DNA of 64,000 nt, from NCBI GenBank assembly GCA_017308595.1, contig JAFKER010000014.1, forward strand, positions 15,062 through 79,061. The letters are read 5' to 3'. Within the stretch, counting starts at the first letter, position 1. Each line of letters begins with the position of its first letter. The notes under the pieces were generated by a model. The model saw only the letters and a program-made list of their open reading frames with translations. It ran no database searches and had not been told where the DNA came from. A program made the position numbers and the translations under genes. Shown here in pieces: positions 38,926-48,541 of the stretch. This DNA comes from Afipia sp. (GTDB lineage Bacteria; Pseudomonadota; Alphaproteobacteria; Rhizobiales; Xanthobacteraceae).

Positions 38926-39516
38926 CTAGTACGGCGGTTTCTTCCTTGCGCGCTGCTCCCGTGCGGCTTCGACCCACCACATCAGATCGTCCGCAAAGCG
39001 GGGAAACGCCCTCACCAGCGCCTTACCGCCATCCCCGATCAGCTCGCCGGTCTCGGAGAGCGATTGCCCGATCGGCCCGACCGCGATGGTCGTCGAGGTC
39101 ACCACCATGCCCATCTCCGACAGCGTGCCGTGCCATGCCAGCGCGGCCCGCGCTCCGGAGAAACGTCCGGCGGAATAGCTGGCGATCGCCGCAGGCCGCC
39201 AGAACCACTCCTCCAGGAAATGATCGGTGAGATTCTTCAGGCCCGGCTGAATGCCCCAATTGTACTCGCCGGTGACGAACACGAATCCATCCGCGCCGAT
39301 GACCTTCTGCGCAAGATCTTCCAGCGCCGCAGGCGCCTGTCCCTTGGGATGCTCCTTGTACATCCGGTCCAGCATCGGCAGACCGACCGCCTTGGCGTCG
39401 ATCAGTTCGGCATCCGCGCCGCGCTCGCGCAAATTGCGAACGACGAAATCCGCGAGACGAATGCCCATCCTGTCCGAACGATAGGAACCGTAGAAAACGA
39501 GAATGCGGTCAGTCAT
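38926..39516 (-). CDS. NADPH-dependent FMN reductase
   Basis: FYGSYRSDRMG, VTGEYNWGIQPGLKNLTD, SYSAGRFSGARA. Confidence 0.9.
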   Translation of the reverse strand: MTDRILVFYGSYRSDRMGIRLADFVVRNLRERGADAELIDAKAVGLPMLDRMYKEHPKGQAPAALEDLAQKVIGADGFVFVTGEYNWGIQPGLKNLTDHFLEEWFWRPAAIASYSAGRFSGARAALAWHGTLSEMGMVVTSTTIAVGPIGQSLSETGELIGDGGKALVRAFPRFADDLMWWVEAAREQRARKKPPY

Positions 39517-39541
39517 GCGATGCCCTCCTCGCAGCCGATGT

Positions 39542-39856
39542 TCATGCCGCGGAGCATCCCGTCACCCCGCGCTTGCCGTGGCGAAGGAACGTGCCCTTCT
39601 TGGTCATGGTGAGCGTGACGCCCCGACCGGTGTAGCGCGCGCCCGAGAGCGTAAACCGCTTGCGCAGGGTCACGGCCTTGCCGTCGATCTGCAGATGCGC
39701 CTGTTTGGGATCCTGCGTCAGAAAAGCCGCCGTGAACCGCGAGCCATCGGCACATATGAAATTCTGGAACGTCGACTGCGCTGTGGCAGGCGACGCGCCA
39801 GCCAACGCCAACGCGGCGACGGCTGCAGCAGCGAACGAGGTGTGCCGTTTCATCAT
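39542..39856 (-). CDS. MliC/PliC-family lysozyme-inhibitor-like secreted protein
   Basis: Signal peptide; F-x-C-x-DG...LSGARYTGRGVTL...C. Confidence 0.75.
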   Translation of the reverse strand: MMKRHTSFAAAAVAALALAGASPATAQSTFQNFICADGSRFTAAFLTQDPKQAHLQIDGKAVTLRKRFTLSGARYTGRGVTLTMTKKGTFLRHGKRGVTGCSAA

Positions 39857-40128
39857 TCGGTTCCGGATTTCAATGTCGGTCCATGGTTTGCCTGACTCGC
39901 GTCGGAATAAAGGTTCCTCCGGCCGGCGGCGGCCCAGTCTAGCAGGGCCACCTTTCCTGTGCATATCGCCACGGGAGGCGCGAGCAGTCTGCCGCGCGGG
40001 GGTAAACTGCGCGGATCGTCAGCGCTTGCCATCTCGCAAGCGCCTCAAATATCAGAGATTTCCGGCATTTCCCGAGACGGCCACGCCGCCGTTCATGGAA
40101 ATTCCGCACAGCCCGGAGGGAGGTTCAG

Positions 40129-40446
40129 ATGCTTGAAAACGTGCCGCTCCGGGACGCCAGGCCAGCCGTGATCGTGTGCCCGGAATGCAGGCAACACCTC
40201 ATGGAGGTGATGGATGTGCGCTGGGCAATGACCAAGCTGGAATTCACTTACGCCTGTACCGGATGCGGCGCGCAAACCCTCCGCGCCATTGCGGGCGACA
40301 CGCCGGTCTTTGTCTCGCGTGCATCGACCCATCTGCGCAACCTCGAGATCTTCAACTTCGACCCCGACGCCGGAAAGACACCGCGTCATCGCACAGGCGA
40401 CACCGCCATCAGTTCGCAGACCATCCGCGAACGGCGCAGCGTCTGA
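40129..40446 (+). CDS. Small zinc-ribbon protein
   Basis: Strong RBS ggagggagg; CPEC...CTGC. Confidence 0.65.
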   Translation: MLENVPLRDARPAVIVCPECRQHLMEVMDVRWAMTKLEFTYACTGCGAQTLRAIAGDTPVFVSRASTHLRNLEIFNFDPDAGKTPRHRTGDTAISSQTIRERRSV

Positions 40447-40472
40447 GCGTCACCGTCCGGAAGCACAGATTT

Positions 40473-41315
40473 CTAGAAGCACAGATTGGTCATCACCTTG
40501 CCGGACTTGTCCTTCAGCACATAAGGACATTCCGCACGCTTGAGCGCCGCCTTGGCCTCGTCGTTGCCGAGCGCCGCAGCCTTCTCGTAATAGGCTTTCG
40601 CTGCGTTCGTATCCTGCGGACCGCCTCGCCCTGCCTTCGCGAATGCGCCCATACGCTCAAGCGCACCCGGATGATCCTGCGCCGCCGCTTTCTCGAACAG
40701 GTTGCGCGCGCCCGCATCGTCCTTCGGGCCGCCGACGCCATCCTGCAACATCAGGCCGAGCTGGAATTGTGCTTCCGCATTGGTTTCCGCGGCCTTGGCC
40801 AGCAACGCGCGCGAGCGGGCCGCATCCGCAGGCGCGGCGCCCTTCCCCGACAGCGCGGCGAGATTGCTGACGCCGCGCGGATTGCCGCCTTGCGCGGCAC
40901 GCTCGAACAATTTGGCGGCGGCAGCCTCGTCTTTGTTGACGCCCGCGCCAGTGGCATAAGCCACGCCGAGTTCGACCATTGCCGATGTGCTGCCTTTGTC
41001 GGCGGCCTTGCGCCATGCGCCGATGGCCTCATTGGTCTGGCGGTTCGCCGCATAGGCACGGCCAAGCTGATACATCGCGCGTCGAGAATTTGAGACCTGC
41101 TTGCAGAATTTGATCGCGGTCGCGACATCGCCTGCCGCGACCGTGGCAACGCCTTTGACATCCGCAGGCTTGTCAGGGTCAGCCGGATCGGCTGCCAGCC
41201 GATCGCACAGCACGAGATCCGCGGACTGCGCATAGGCGCCACAGCTTGCCGAAAGCGCCACCAGCGCGGCAGCACCGGCGATGACGTATTGCGTGAGACG
41301 CCGAGATCGTTTCAT
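40473..41315 (-). CDS. Sel1-repeat secreted protein
   Basis: Signal peptide; CDRLAADP; repeats such as AMVELGVAYATGAGV, AQFQLGLMLQDGVGG, AYYEKAAALG. Confidence 0.9.
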   Translation of the reverse strand: MKRSRRLTQYVIAGAAALVALSASCGAYAQSADLVLCDRLAADPADPDKPADVKGVATVAAGDVATAIKFCKQVSNSRRAMYQLGRAYAANRQTNEAIGAWRKAADKGSTSAMVELGVAYATGAGVNKDEAAAAKLFERAAQGGNPRGVSNLAALSGKGAAPADAARSRALLAKAAETNAEAQFQLGLMLQDGVGGPKDDAGARNLFEKAAAQDHPGALERMGAFAKAGRGGPQDTNAAKAYYEKAAALGNDEAKAALKRAECPYVLKDKSGKVMTNLCF

Positions 41316-41551
41316 CAACTGTCTTAAATTTGTGCTGTTATACGACAGCATAGTACGGTTACGGGGAGGCTTCAGCAAGCGTGGGCCATGCGATCCCATG
41401 CTCGGCAAATCGGCTATTCAGCAAAATGTGTGATGCAGGCTGCAACCCCGGCGGGGCAAGATGGTTATCGTCACGCCATCCCGCCAGAAGCATCACTCCC
41501 TCACCCTTTTCTCGCCGCTGAAATTCATCAATCCTTTCATCGGAGCGCAGC

Positions 41552-43243
41552 ATGTCGAAAACCGTCGCGGAAATTCTCGTCGAAGTCCTCGAAGAAATTG
41601 GTGTGCAGCAAATCTTCGGACTGATCGGAGACTCGCTGAATCCGCTCGGCGACGCGGTGCGCAAGAGCAGGATCGAATGGGTCGGCGTCCGGCATGAAGA
41701 AGGCGCGGCGCTGGCCGCCGCCGGACAAGCCAAGCTCACCGGCAGACTCGGCGTCTGCGCCGGCACCACAGGCCCCGGCAGCACGCACCTGGTCGCCGGT
41801 CTCTACGAAGCTGCGCGCGATCATGCGCCAGTTCTGGCGCTCTCTGGCGAAATGATGCGAGCCGTGCGCGGAACCGACTTTTTCCAGACCACCGAACCCG
41901 ACCTGCTGTTTCGCGACGTCTCGCTATATACCGAAACAATTTCCGTTCCTGCGCAGGCGCCCGCCGTGATCCATCAGGCCATTGCCGCAGCCTATGGCGG
42001 CCCGGGCGTTGCGCATCTGACGCTGCCGCAGGATCTGCTGTCCGCCAAAGCTACCGGCACGACTTCGAGTATTGCCACGCTGCGGCCGCGAACCGAGATC
42101 ACGCCCGCCGCCTCCGAGATCGCCGACATCGCCCAGCGGATCGACGCCGCGGAGAATGTCGTTTTCATGTGCGGTCACGGCTGCCTCGGCGCAGCCGATC
42201 TTTTGCGCGCTCTTTCTGACAAGCTGAAGGCGCCGCTGGTTCATACCTATCGCGGCAAGGAGATCATGGCGTTCGACGATCCGCGCTGGATGGGCGGTCT
42301 CGGCATGATCGGCACCAAACCGGTCTACAACGCGGTGCAGAATTCCGACCTGCTGGTCATGGTCGGCACCGACTATCCTTTCTCCAATTATCTGCCCTCC
42401 CATGGCCGCGTGATTCAGATCGACGAGCGCGCGCAGGTGCTGGGACGGCGTACGCCGACGCAACTCGGCGTGATCGGCTCCGTGCGGCCGACGCTGAAAT
42501 TGCTGTTCGACAGGGTTGCCGCCAAGGCCGACACGGCGTTTTTCGACAAGGTCACCGGCGAGCGGCACAAGTGGGACGACAAGATCAACAAGCAGGCGGA
42601 CATTGCGCGCAGCAAGGACCGTATCCATCCGCAGGCGGTGGCACGCATGGTCAGCGATCACGCGACGCGCGATGCCACTTTTGTCTTCGATACCGGACTG
42701 AACACGCTCTGGTCCGCCAACTGGGTTCGCCAGAGCGGAAACCAGCGCATTGTCGGCTCATACAACAACGCTGCCGTCGGCACGGCAGTCGCCATGGCCA
42801 ACGGCATCCAGGCGCTGGAACGTTCGAAGCAAGTCATCGTGCTCACCGGCGACGGCGGCTTCAATATGCTGATGGGCGAATTCATGACGGCGGTCCATCA
42901 CAAACTGCCGATCAAGGTGATCGTCTACAACAACTCCTCTCTCGGGCTTATCAAGCTCGAAGCCGAGAGCGTCGGCCTCGCGCCTTTCACCGAAGCGATC
43001 AATTTTCCCAACCCGGATTTTGCCGCGCTGGCGCGCGCCTGCGGCGGTCAGGGATTTACGGCGAAGCTGCCGGGTGACCTCGAAGGCGCGATCCGCAGCG
43101 CGCTGAATGCCGACGGCCCTGTGATCGTCGATGCGGTGGTTGCCGCCGACGAAGTGCCGAATGTGCCGCATCTCGAAGCCGAACTGCTCGGCAATTTCGC
43201 CATTGCCAAGATCAAGGAAGCGGTGTTGGCGGTGACGGGATAA
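41552..43243 (+). CDS. TPP-dependent pyruvate oxidase/dehydrogenase (PoxB-like)
   Basis: FGLIGDSLNP, VRHEEGAALAA, GTTGPGSTHL, TPP motif GDGGFNML...YNN. Confidence 0.9.
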   Translation: MSKTVAEILVEVLEEIGVQQIFGLIGDSLNPLGDAVRKSRIEWVGVRHEEGAALAAAGQAKLTGRLGVCAGTTGPGSTHLVAGLYEAARDHAPVLALSGEMMRAVRGTDFFQTTEPDLLFRDVSLYTETISVPAQAPAVIHQAIAAAYGGPGVAHLTLPQDLLSAKATGTTSSIATLRPRTEITPAASEIADIAQRIDAAENVVFMCGHGCLGAADLLRALSDKLKAPLVHTYRGKEIMAFDDPRWMGGLGMIGTKPVYNAVQNSDLLVMVGTDYPFSNYLPSHGRVIQIDERAQVLGRRTPTQLGVIGSVRPTLKLLFDRVAAKADTAFFDKVTGERHKWDDKINKQADIARSKDRIHPQAVARMVSDHATRDATFVFDTGLNTLWSANWVRQSGNQRIVGSYNNAAVGTAVAMANGIQALERSKQVIVLTGDGGFNMLMGEFMTAVHHKLPIKVIVYNNSSLGLIKLEAESVGLAPFTEAINFPNPDFAALARACGGQGFTAKLPGDLEGAIRSALNADGPVIVDAVVAADEVPNVPHLEAELLGNFAIAKIKEAVLAVTG

Positions 43244-43259
43244 CGGCGATTGAATGTAC

Positions 43260-43359
43260 CGTCATTGGGAGAAGCCATCAGCGCGTTGACGCGCGATGGG
43301 GACGAAGAAATGCCTTTTATGATTCAAGTATGGATTGCTTCGCTTTGCTCGCAATGACG
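43260..43359. repeat. REP/MITE-like palindromic element (cgtcattg...caatgacg family)
   Basis: Terminal inverted repeats cgtcattgggag / ctcgcaatgacg; inner cgaagaaatgc / ggattgcttcg; between convergent genes. Confidence 0.7.
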
Positions 43360-43366
43360 TCAATGT

Positions 43367-44431
43367 CTACCCCTTCAGCCATTGCAGGATCGGCGCATTG
43401 ATCTCGCGCGGATAGGTATGGCTGAGATCGTCGATCTCGCGGTAGGTCACGTCGGCCCCTGCGGCTGACAGCGCGCGCTGCGCCTGCCGCGCGACCTCGA
43501 CCGGAAACATCCAGTCCAGTGCACCGTGGGTGAGGAAGATCGGCAACCCCTGCAAGCGTTCGGAGTCTGCGGTTGAGATCAGCATGGGATGAAACGTTGC
43601 TGAGACGGGCGCGAGATGCGTGAACGGTGATCCGCGATCGAGCGCGCTGACATAACAGAAGGTGCCGCCGTCGCTCATGCCGGTGAGCAACAGTTTCGCC
43701 GGATCGATGTTCCAGCGCCCGCGCACGCCTTCAACGATGCGAGCCAGATTGGGCGTATCGTTGTCGTCGCCCATCAGCGCCCATGTCGAACCAAGCGAAT
43801 TGCCCGACGATGTCGGGGCGATCAGGATCGCGCCGAAGCTGCGCGCATCGCGCAACCAGCTCCAGAGAAAGCCGCGCCCGTGTCCGCTGCCGCCATGCAG
43901 GGCCACCACAAGCGGCCATGCGCGGTCCGGCGTATAGCTTTCCGGCACATAGAGCGAGAAGCCGCCGCGCGTGCGCGGCTCATTCTCGACATGAAACACG
44001 CCGGTCTCGTTTTCGCGCGGCGGCTGCATCGCACGCCTGAGCGCATCGGCATCGGATCGCAGTGACGGATCGAGAAAGAATGCATTCACCACCGGGATCA
44101 TGGAGGCCAGCGGATAGAGTGCTTCCTGCGCGCGGGGCAGATGCCGCAAGGCCTTGAACACGAGGCGGACATCGCCCTGCCCGGCGGCTTCGCGCAATTC
44201 GGCAAAACCTGCGAGCGCTTCGTCACTGGCGCGGGCAAGCAAACCGCCGACACTGTCAGGGCCGCCGTTGCCGTCGAACTGCGGACGCATCGCCTGCAAA
44301 GCGGTTTCCGGCGTGCCGATGGCCTCCATCACCTCGCCGAACGCGGACGGATCGAGATGCCGCGCCACGAGGCCGAGCGTCTCGATACAGGTCAGCAAAG
44401 GCAGGATGGTCTGGGCTGGATCGGATGTCAT
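43367..44431 (-). CDS. Phospholipase/carboxylesterase-family alpha/beta hydrolase
   Basis: PLVVALHGGSG, nucleophile elbow GMSDGG, THGALD, DDLSH. Confidence 0.85.
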   Translation of the reverse strand: MTSDPAQTILPLLTCIETLGLVARHLDPSAFGEVMEAIGTPETALQAMRPQFDGNGGPDSVGGLLARASDEALAGFAELREAAGQGDVRLVFKALRHLPRAQEALYPLASMIPVVNAFFLDPSLRSDADALRRAMQPPRENETGVFHVENEPRTRGGFSLYVPESYTPDRAWPLVVALHGGSGHGRGFLWSWLRDARSFGAILIAPTSSGNSLGSTWALMGDDNDTPNLARIVEGVRGRWNIDPAKLLLTGMSDGGTFCYVSALDRGSPFTHLAPVSATFHPMLISTADSERLQGLPIFLTHGALDWMFPVEVARQAQRALSAAGADVTYREIDDLSHTYPREINAPILQWLKG

Positions 44432-44504
44432 GCCGCGCACGCTACCGTCCGGAGCGGCGCGCAGGCAAGGCGCGGGCGGCGACTGGCAGTCATGAATTCC
44501 GCTG

Positions 44505-44810
44505 TTACTCCTCCGGCTCCGTGGTGAAGAACAGCGGATAGCCCTTCGCCTTGCCGAGTTCAGTCGCTTCCTTGGCCTTCGTCTCGGCGACATCCCGCGT
44601 ATAGACTGCAATAACGCAGGCGCCCTTCTGGTGCGCGGTCAGCATGACGCGGCTCGCCGTCTCCTCGCCCATCCGGAACACGGCCTTGAGCACCATGACC
44701 ACGAATTCGCGCGGCGTGTAGTCATCGTTGAGCAGGATCACCTTGTAGAGCGGCGGCCGTTGCAGTTTGGTCTTTGTCGTGGTCTTCGGTTTGACGGTGG
44801 TCGGGCTCAT
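44505..44810 (-). CDS. clpS: ATP-dependent Clp protease adaptor ClpS (short ClpS2-like form)
   Basis: PPLYKVILLNDDYTPREFVV, MLTAHQKG, YTRDVAETK, YPLFFTTEPEE. Confidence 0.93.
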   Translation of the reverse strand: MSPTTVKPKTTTKTKLQRPPLYKVILLNDDYTPREFVVMVLKAVFRMGEETASRVMLTAHQKGACVIAVYTRDVAETKAKEATELGKAKGYPLFFTTEPEE

Positions 44811-45311
44811 CTGCGATCTCTCGGCGCCGTGCGGTGTCTGGATTGGCGGCACCGGCGCTGTGCCCATGTGAAGGTGCGCAGCGCAACAAGAGCGGCACGC
44901 CGCAGGCCGCATCCAGCGTGATTGGCAGATCGACTATAACGCGGGCGCGTGCAGGCTTCACGTCACTTTCACGCGTATCGAGCCTGCGTCCATGCCGGCA
45001 GTTCCGGCGGGAACGACGCCCCACCGGACTTTCGCGAAGGGCAAATTCTCCAGCAGCCCGCCGCCGCCGTGACGCCGCTCTCGCGAGGCAGACCGGAAGC
45101 CTCCCATTCGCGCAACCGACTTAAAAGTACCGATTTGATACTTTAATAGGGAATTGCTGCGATCGGTCGCATGAAAGTCGATCAGATCAACACAAAATAG
45201 GGATTCTTTCTGCTTGCCCTGCGTTTTTCCGGAGGCTAATTCTAAGTTCTTAAATTGAACTAATATGCCAAATGAAACGGGCCAGCGGCTTACGGGAGAG
45301 AAAGAACCACT

Positions 45312-46505
45312 ATGTCGAGGAAATTATTCGCGGCTCTGGCCGCATCGCTCACACTGACAACAACGGCGATCGCAGCCGACGCCCCCGGCGTCACGGCAAC
45401 CGAGATCAAGATTGGAGCCACCTTCCCCTATAGCGGACCCGCTTCTGCGCTCGGCAATGTGGGAAAATCCGCGACGGCCTACATTAATTCCGTCAATGAA
45501 CGAGGCGGCATCAATGGCCGCAAGATCAACTTCATCACCTATGACGATGCCTACAGCCCGCCGAAAGCGGTCGAGCACACGCGCAAACTCATCGAAAGCG
45601 ACGAAGTGGCCTTCATGTTCGGCCAGCTCGGAACACCGGCCAACTCGGCGACCGTCAAATACCTCACCGGCAAGAAGATCCCGGCCACTTTCATCACGAC
45701 CGGCGCGACGAAATTTACGGATAGCAAGGAATATCCGTTCACCACGACCTCGCTGCCAAGCTACGACACCGAAGGAAAGATTTACGCCAAGTACGTTCGC
45801 GCCCAGCTTCCAAACGCGAAAGTCGGCATTCTTTATCAGAATGACGATCTGGGTAAGGACTTCGTGACTGCCTTCAAGGCGATCTACAAGGATGAGTTCG
45901 CGACGAAAGTCACCGCGCTAGCCTATGAAGTTGCCGATCCGACAGTCGACTCCCAAGTCGTCAATCTGAGAGCTGCAGCTCCCGAGGCGCTTCTCATCGC
46001 AGGCACGCCGAAATTTGCCGCGCAGGCGTTGCGCAAGATGCACGAAATGGGCTGGAAGCCGCTGACGGTGGTCAATTTCGTATCCGCGTCCATCGGCGCG
46101 ACCTTTACGCCGGTCGGCCTCGACAAGGTTGCTGGCGTTGTGTCTGCGAATATCCAGAAAGACCCCGTCGATCCGAAGTGGAAGGAAGACAAGGGCGTGA
46201 AGGATTTCCTTGCGTTCATGCAAAAGTATCTGCCGGGCGCTGATGTCACCGATTCAAACTACATGTACGGCTATCAACAGGGCATGCTTCTCGAACAACT
46301 CGTCAAGCAGGCCGGCAACGATCTGTCGCGCGAAAACATCCTCAAGCAATCGAAGAGCATCAAGGAGCTCGTGCTGCCGACCGTGCTGCCCGGCATCAAG
46401 ATCAATACCAGCGAAACTGTCAATCAGGCTTATACCCAGATGCAGATGCAGCGCTGGACCGGTACGAACTGGGATCAGTTCGGTGAGGTCATGAAGGCTG
46501 ACTGA
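45312..46505 (+). CDS. ABC transporter substrate-binding protein (branched-chain/Liv family), orphan
   Basis: PGVTATEIKIG, YSGPAS, GGINGRKI, YDDAYSPPKA; no permease genes nearby. Confidence 0.9.
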   Translation: MSRKLFAALAASLTLTTTAIAADAPGVTATEIKIGATFPYSGPASALGNVGKSATAYINSVNERGGINGRKINFITYDDAYSPPKAVEHTRKLIESDEVAFMFGQLGTPANSATVKYLTGKKIPATFITTGATKFTDSKEYPFTTTSLPSYDTEGKIYAKYVRAQLPNAKVGILYQNDDLGKDFVTAFKAIYKDEFATKVTALAYEVADPTVDSQVVNLRAAAPEALLIAGTPKFAAQALRKMHEMGWKPLTVVNFVSASIGATFTPVGLDKVAGVVSANIQKDPVDPKWKEDKGVKDFLAFMQKYLPGADVTDSNYMYGYQQGMLLEQLVKQAGNDLSRENILKQSKSIKELVLPTVLPGIKINTSETVNQAYTQMQMQRWTGTNWDQFGEVMKAD

Positions 46506-46591
46506 CGCAACCGTCAATCTTTCTGTCGATCAGGGCGTCGCGATCCGTTAGCGGCGCCCTTTGCTTTGCGCGGCAATGGCATCACCCATGC

Positions 46592-46616
46592 GGAACATAG
46601 AAGCGGCGATAGCGTT
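46592..46616 (+). promoter_or_regulatory. Sigma-EcfG promoter motif
   Basis: Exact GGAAC-N16-CGTT upstream of the cupin gene. Confidence 0.75.
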
Positions 46617-46694
46617 ATTATCGCGCAACGTCGCTTAGACAACGTCTGCGGCAAAATCACCTCCTCCACATGCAGGAACCATGGACCCGCTGCG

Positions 46695-47249
46695 ATGACT
46701 GCGACCTATTATTCAGATCCATCGACGCCATCATTTATGAGCCGCCCCGTCTCCTTCATCTTCCCCGATGACGGATCGATTCCGAACAGTCCGCTGCCGT
46801 TCCTGCTCTACAAGGGCGCAATCCATCTCGATGGCGATCCGGAAAAATCCATTGAAGACCTGTTCGCTGCGAACGGCTGGGGCCAGATGTGGCGCAATGG
46901 AATCTACGATTATCTCCACTATCACGCGACGGTTCATGAAGCGCTGGCGATCGCGCGAGGCCGTGCGCTGGTCCGCTTCGGCGGCAATCACGGCGAAGAG
47001 TTCGAGCTGAGAAAAGGCGACGTGGCTATCCTGCCCGCCGGTACCGGACATCAATGCCTGTCGGCCTCCAGTGATCTTGTGGTGATCGGTGCCTACCCGC
47101 CCGGCGCGCCGATGCAGATCACGCGGCCAACGCCGGAGAACTACCGGCTCGCGATCAGGGTCATCCCGCAGGTCGCCGTGCCGGAAACCGATCCGGTTTA
47201 CGGGCAGGATGGTCCGCTGGTCGGACTTTGGAAGAAGAACCGCCGGTAA
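46695..47249 (+). CDS. Cupin-domain protein
   Basis: DDGSIPNS, WRNGIYDYLHYHATVHE, LPAGTGH, VIGAYPPG. Start is 46695 or 46737. Confidence 0.88.
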   Translation: MTATYYSDPSTPSFMSRPVSFIFPDDGSIPNSPLPFLLYKGAIHLDGDPEKSIEDLFAANGWGQMWRNGIYDYLHYHATVHEALAIARGRALVRFGGNHGEEFELRKGDVAILPAGTGHQCLSASSDLVVIGAYPPGAPMQITRPTPENYRLAIRVIPQVAVPETDPVYGQDGPLVGLWKKNRR

Positions 47250-47257
47250 CCGCCGGT

Positions 47258-47518
47258 CTACGGAATCGCGACAACGCGCGATGCCTGCTCCGGCCCCATG
47301 GGCACGCAGGCTCTCTTGCGGCGAAGCGCGCCGCTTCCGCCCGTGACTTTCATCACCTTGCCGACACCGCAGGTCCCGTTGTCGACATAGACGACGGACC
47401 ACGGCGACAGGAAGTACGGCTCTTTCTTGAGGAAGTTGGGGCTCAGCTCCTGCGCCAGGCTTGGCGCGGACATGGCCGCAAGAAACACCACGGCGACGAC
47501 GGTACGCATGACGCTCAT
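47258..47518 (-). CDS. Small secreted protein (DUF6719-like)
   Basis: Signal peptide; LKKEP...VYVDNGTCGVGKVMKVTGG...RACV. Confidence 0.7.
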   Translation of the reverse strand: MSVMRTVVAVVFLAAMSAPSLAQELSPNFLKKEPYFLSPWSVVYVDNGTCGVGKVMKVTGGSGALRRKRACVPMGPEQASRVVAIP

Positions 47519-47554
47519 CCCAAAAGCCGGGGACCAACCCCCGGCATGCCTTAC

Positions 47555-47579
47555 AATGCGCGGTTTCTGTGAACGTTCC
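47555..47579 (-). promoter_or_regulatory. Sigma-EcfG promoter motif (minus strand)
   Basis: GGAAC-N16-CATT reading toward 47518. Confidence 0.6.
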
Positions 47580-47646
47580 AAGACGCGAACAACAGCACGC
47601 TGATCATTTTCGCAGCATGCCTATGCCACACATCATAGCGAATTCC

Positions 47647-47671
47647 GGAACGGCTGACACTGCGACGTGTT
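47647..47671 (+). promoter_or_regulatory. Sigma-EcfG promoter motif
   Basis: GGAAC-N16-TGTT, 27 bp before ATG 47699. Confidence 0.6.
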
Positions 47672-47698
47672 GTGCCTCCCATAACAGTGGAGGTTCTA

Positions 47699-48016
47699 AT
47701 GCGACGTAAACTGCTTCTGACCACCGTGATCGCCGCTTCGCTCGCCGTTTCCACTCTCGCCGCATCTGCGCAGGTCGCTCCGCCGTCGTCGCCGGGCGGC
47801 TCGGCAGCAGGCTCTCCCGGCGTTTCGCCCGCGACGCCACCACCACCCGCAGCGGCTCCGTCGGCACCAGCCACAACCGGCAGCAACACGGGCGTCAACC
47901 AGCCAGGCGTACCCAACACATCCACGCCGGGCAAAATCGGCACTGGTGTATCCCCGAGCGGCCTGCCCGGCGACAGCCCGTCTAATCCCGGCTATCCGGG
48001 CAAGGTCGGAAAGTAA
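47699..48016 (+). CDS. Small secreted Pro/Ser/Gly-rich protein
   Basis: RBS ggagg; signal peptide ending ASA-Q; low-complexity mature region. Confidence 0.75.
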   Translation: MRRKLLLTTVIAASLAVSTLAASAQVAPPSSPGGSAAGSPGVSPATPPPPAAAPSAPATTGSNTGVNQPGVPNTSTPGKIGTGVSPSGLPGDSPSNPGYPGKVGK

Positions 48017-48037
48017 CGGTCCGCAGGGCCGCAAGGG

Positions 48038-48493
48038 TTACCTCTCGCTTGCGGCCTTGCCTTCCTGCTTGAACGGTACAAGCAGCCATAGCGTCAGGAA
48101 CGTAAACAGGGAGATCACCACCGCGACGTCGTATGCTCCAAGGCCTACTGCAGCGCCGGTGGCTCCCGTGGCCCACAGGCTGGCGGCTGTCGCCGTACCC
48201 CGAACCGAATTTTCGGTCTTCAGGATCGCGCCGCCTCCGATGAAACCCATGCCGGTCATCAGGCCCTCGATGATCCGGGCGGTGCCTTCGGGATGCCCTT
48301 CGAGGATGTTCTCCGTCGCCTGCACGATACCGCAGGTCGCCAGCGCAACCAGCGGGAATGTCCGCAGCCCTGCGCTCCGCTCGGCTTTCTCGCGATTCCA
48401 TCCGATCGGCAGTGCAAGCACATAAGCGACGGCGAGCGCAAACAGGTGCGGGCCGAGCCGAAAGCTGCCCGCGGCTTCCAAGAGTGACTGCAT
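48038..48493 (-). CDS. MgtC/SapB-family membrane protein
   Basis: PIGWNRE, AGLRTFPLV, GMGFIGGGAIL, GTATAASLW. Confidence 0.9.
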   Translation of the reverse strand: MQSLLEAAGSFRLGPHLFALAVAYVLALPIGWNREKAERSAGLRTFPLVALATCGIVQATENILEGHPEGTARIIEGLMTGMGFIGGGAILKTENSVRGTATAASLWATGATGAAVGLGAYDVAVVISLFTFLTLWLLVPFKQEGKAASER

Positions 48494-48514
48494 TGTTCCT
48501 CCAGCGACAATCAC

Positions 48515-48540
48515 AACGTGACACGCCGGGAGGAAGTTCC
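48515..48540 (-). promoter_or_regulatory. Sigma-EcfG promoter motif (minus strand)
   Basis: GGAAC-N17-CGTT, 21 bp before the MgtC start. Confidence 0.6.
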
Positions 48541-48541
48541 G

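Noticed and set aside
16542-44810. aat and clpS in one window as an N-degron pathway cluster
   Set aside because: They are 27 kb apart in unrelated contexts; co-occurrence is unremarkable.
45124-45144. AAAGTA-N9-TACTTT inverted repeat upstream of the ABC binding protein
   Set aside because: Only 6 bp in AT-rich DNA, with no candidate regulator nearby; cannot be distinguished from chance.
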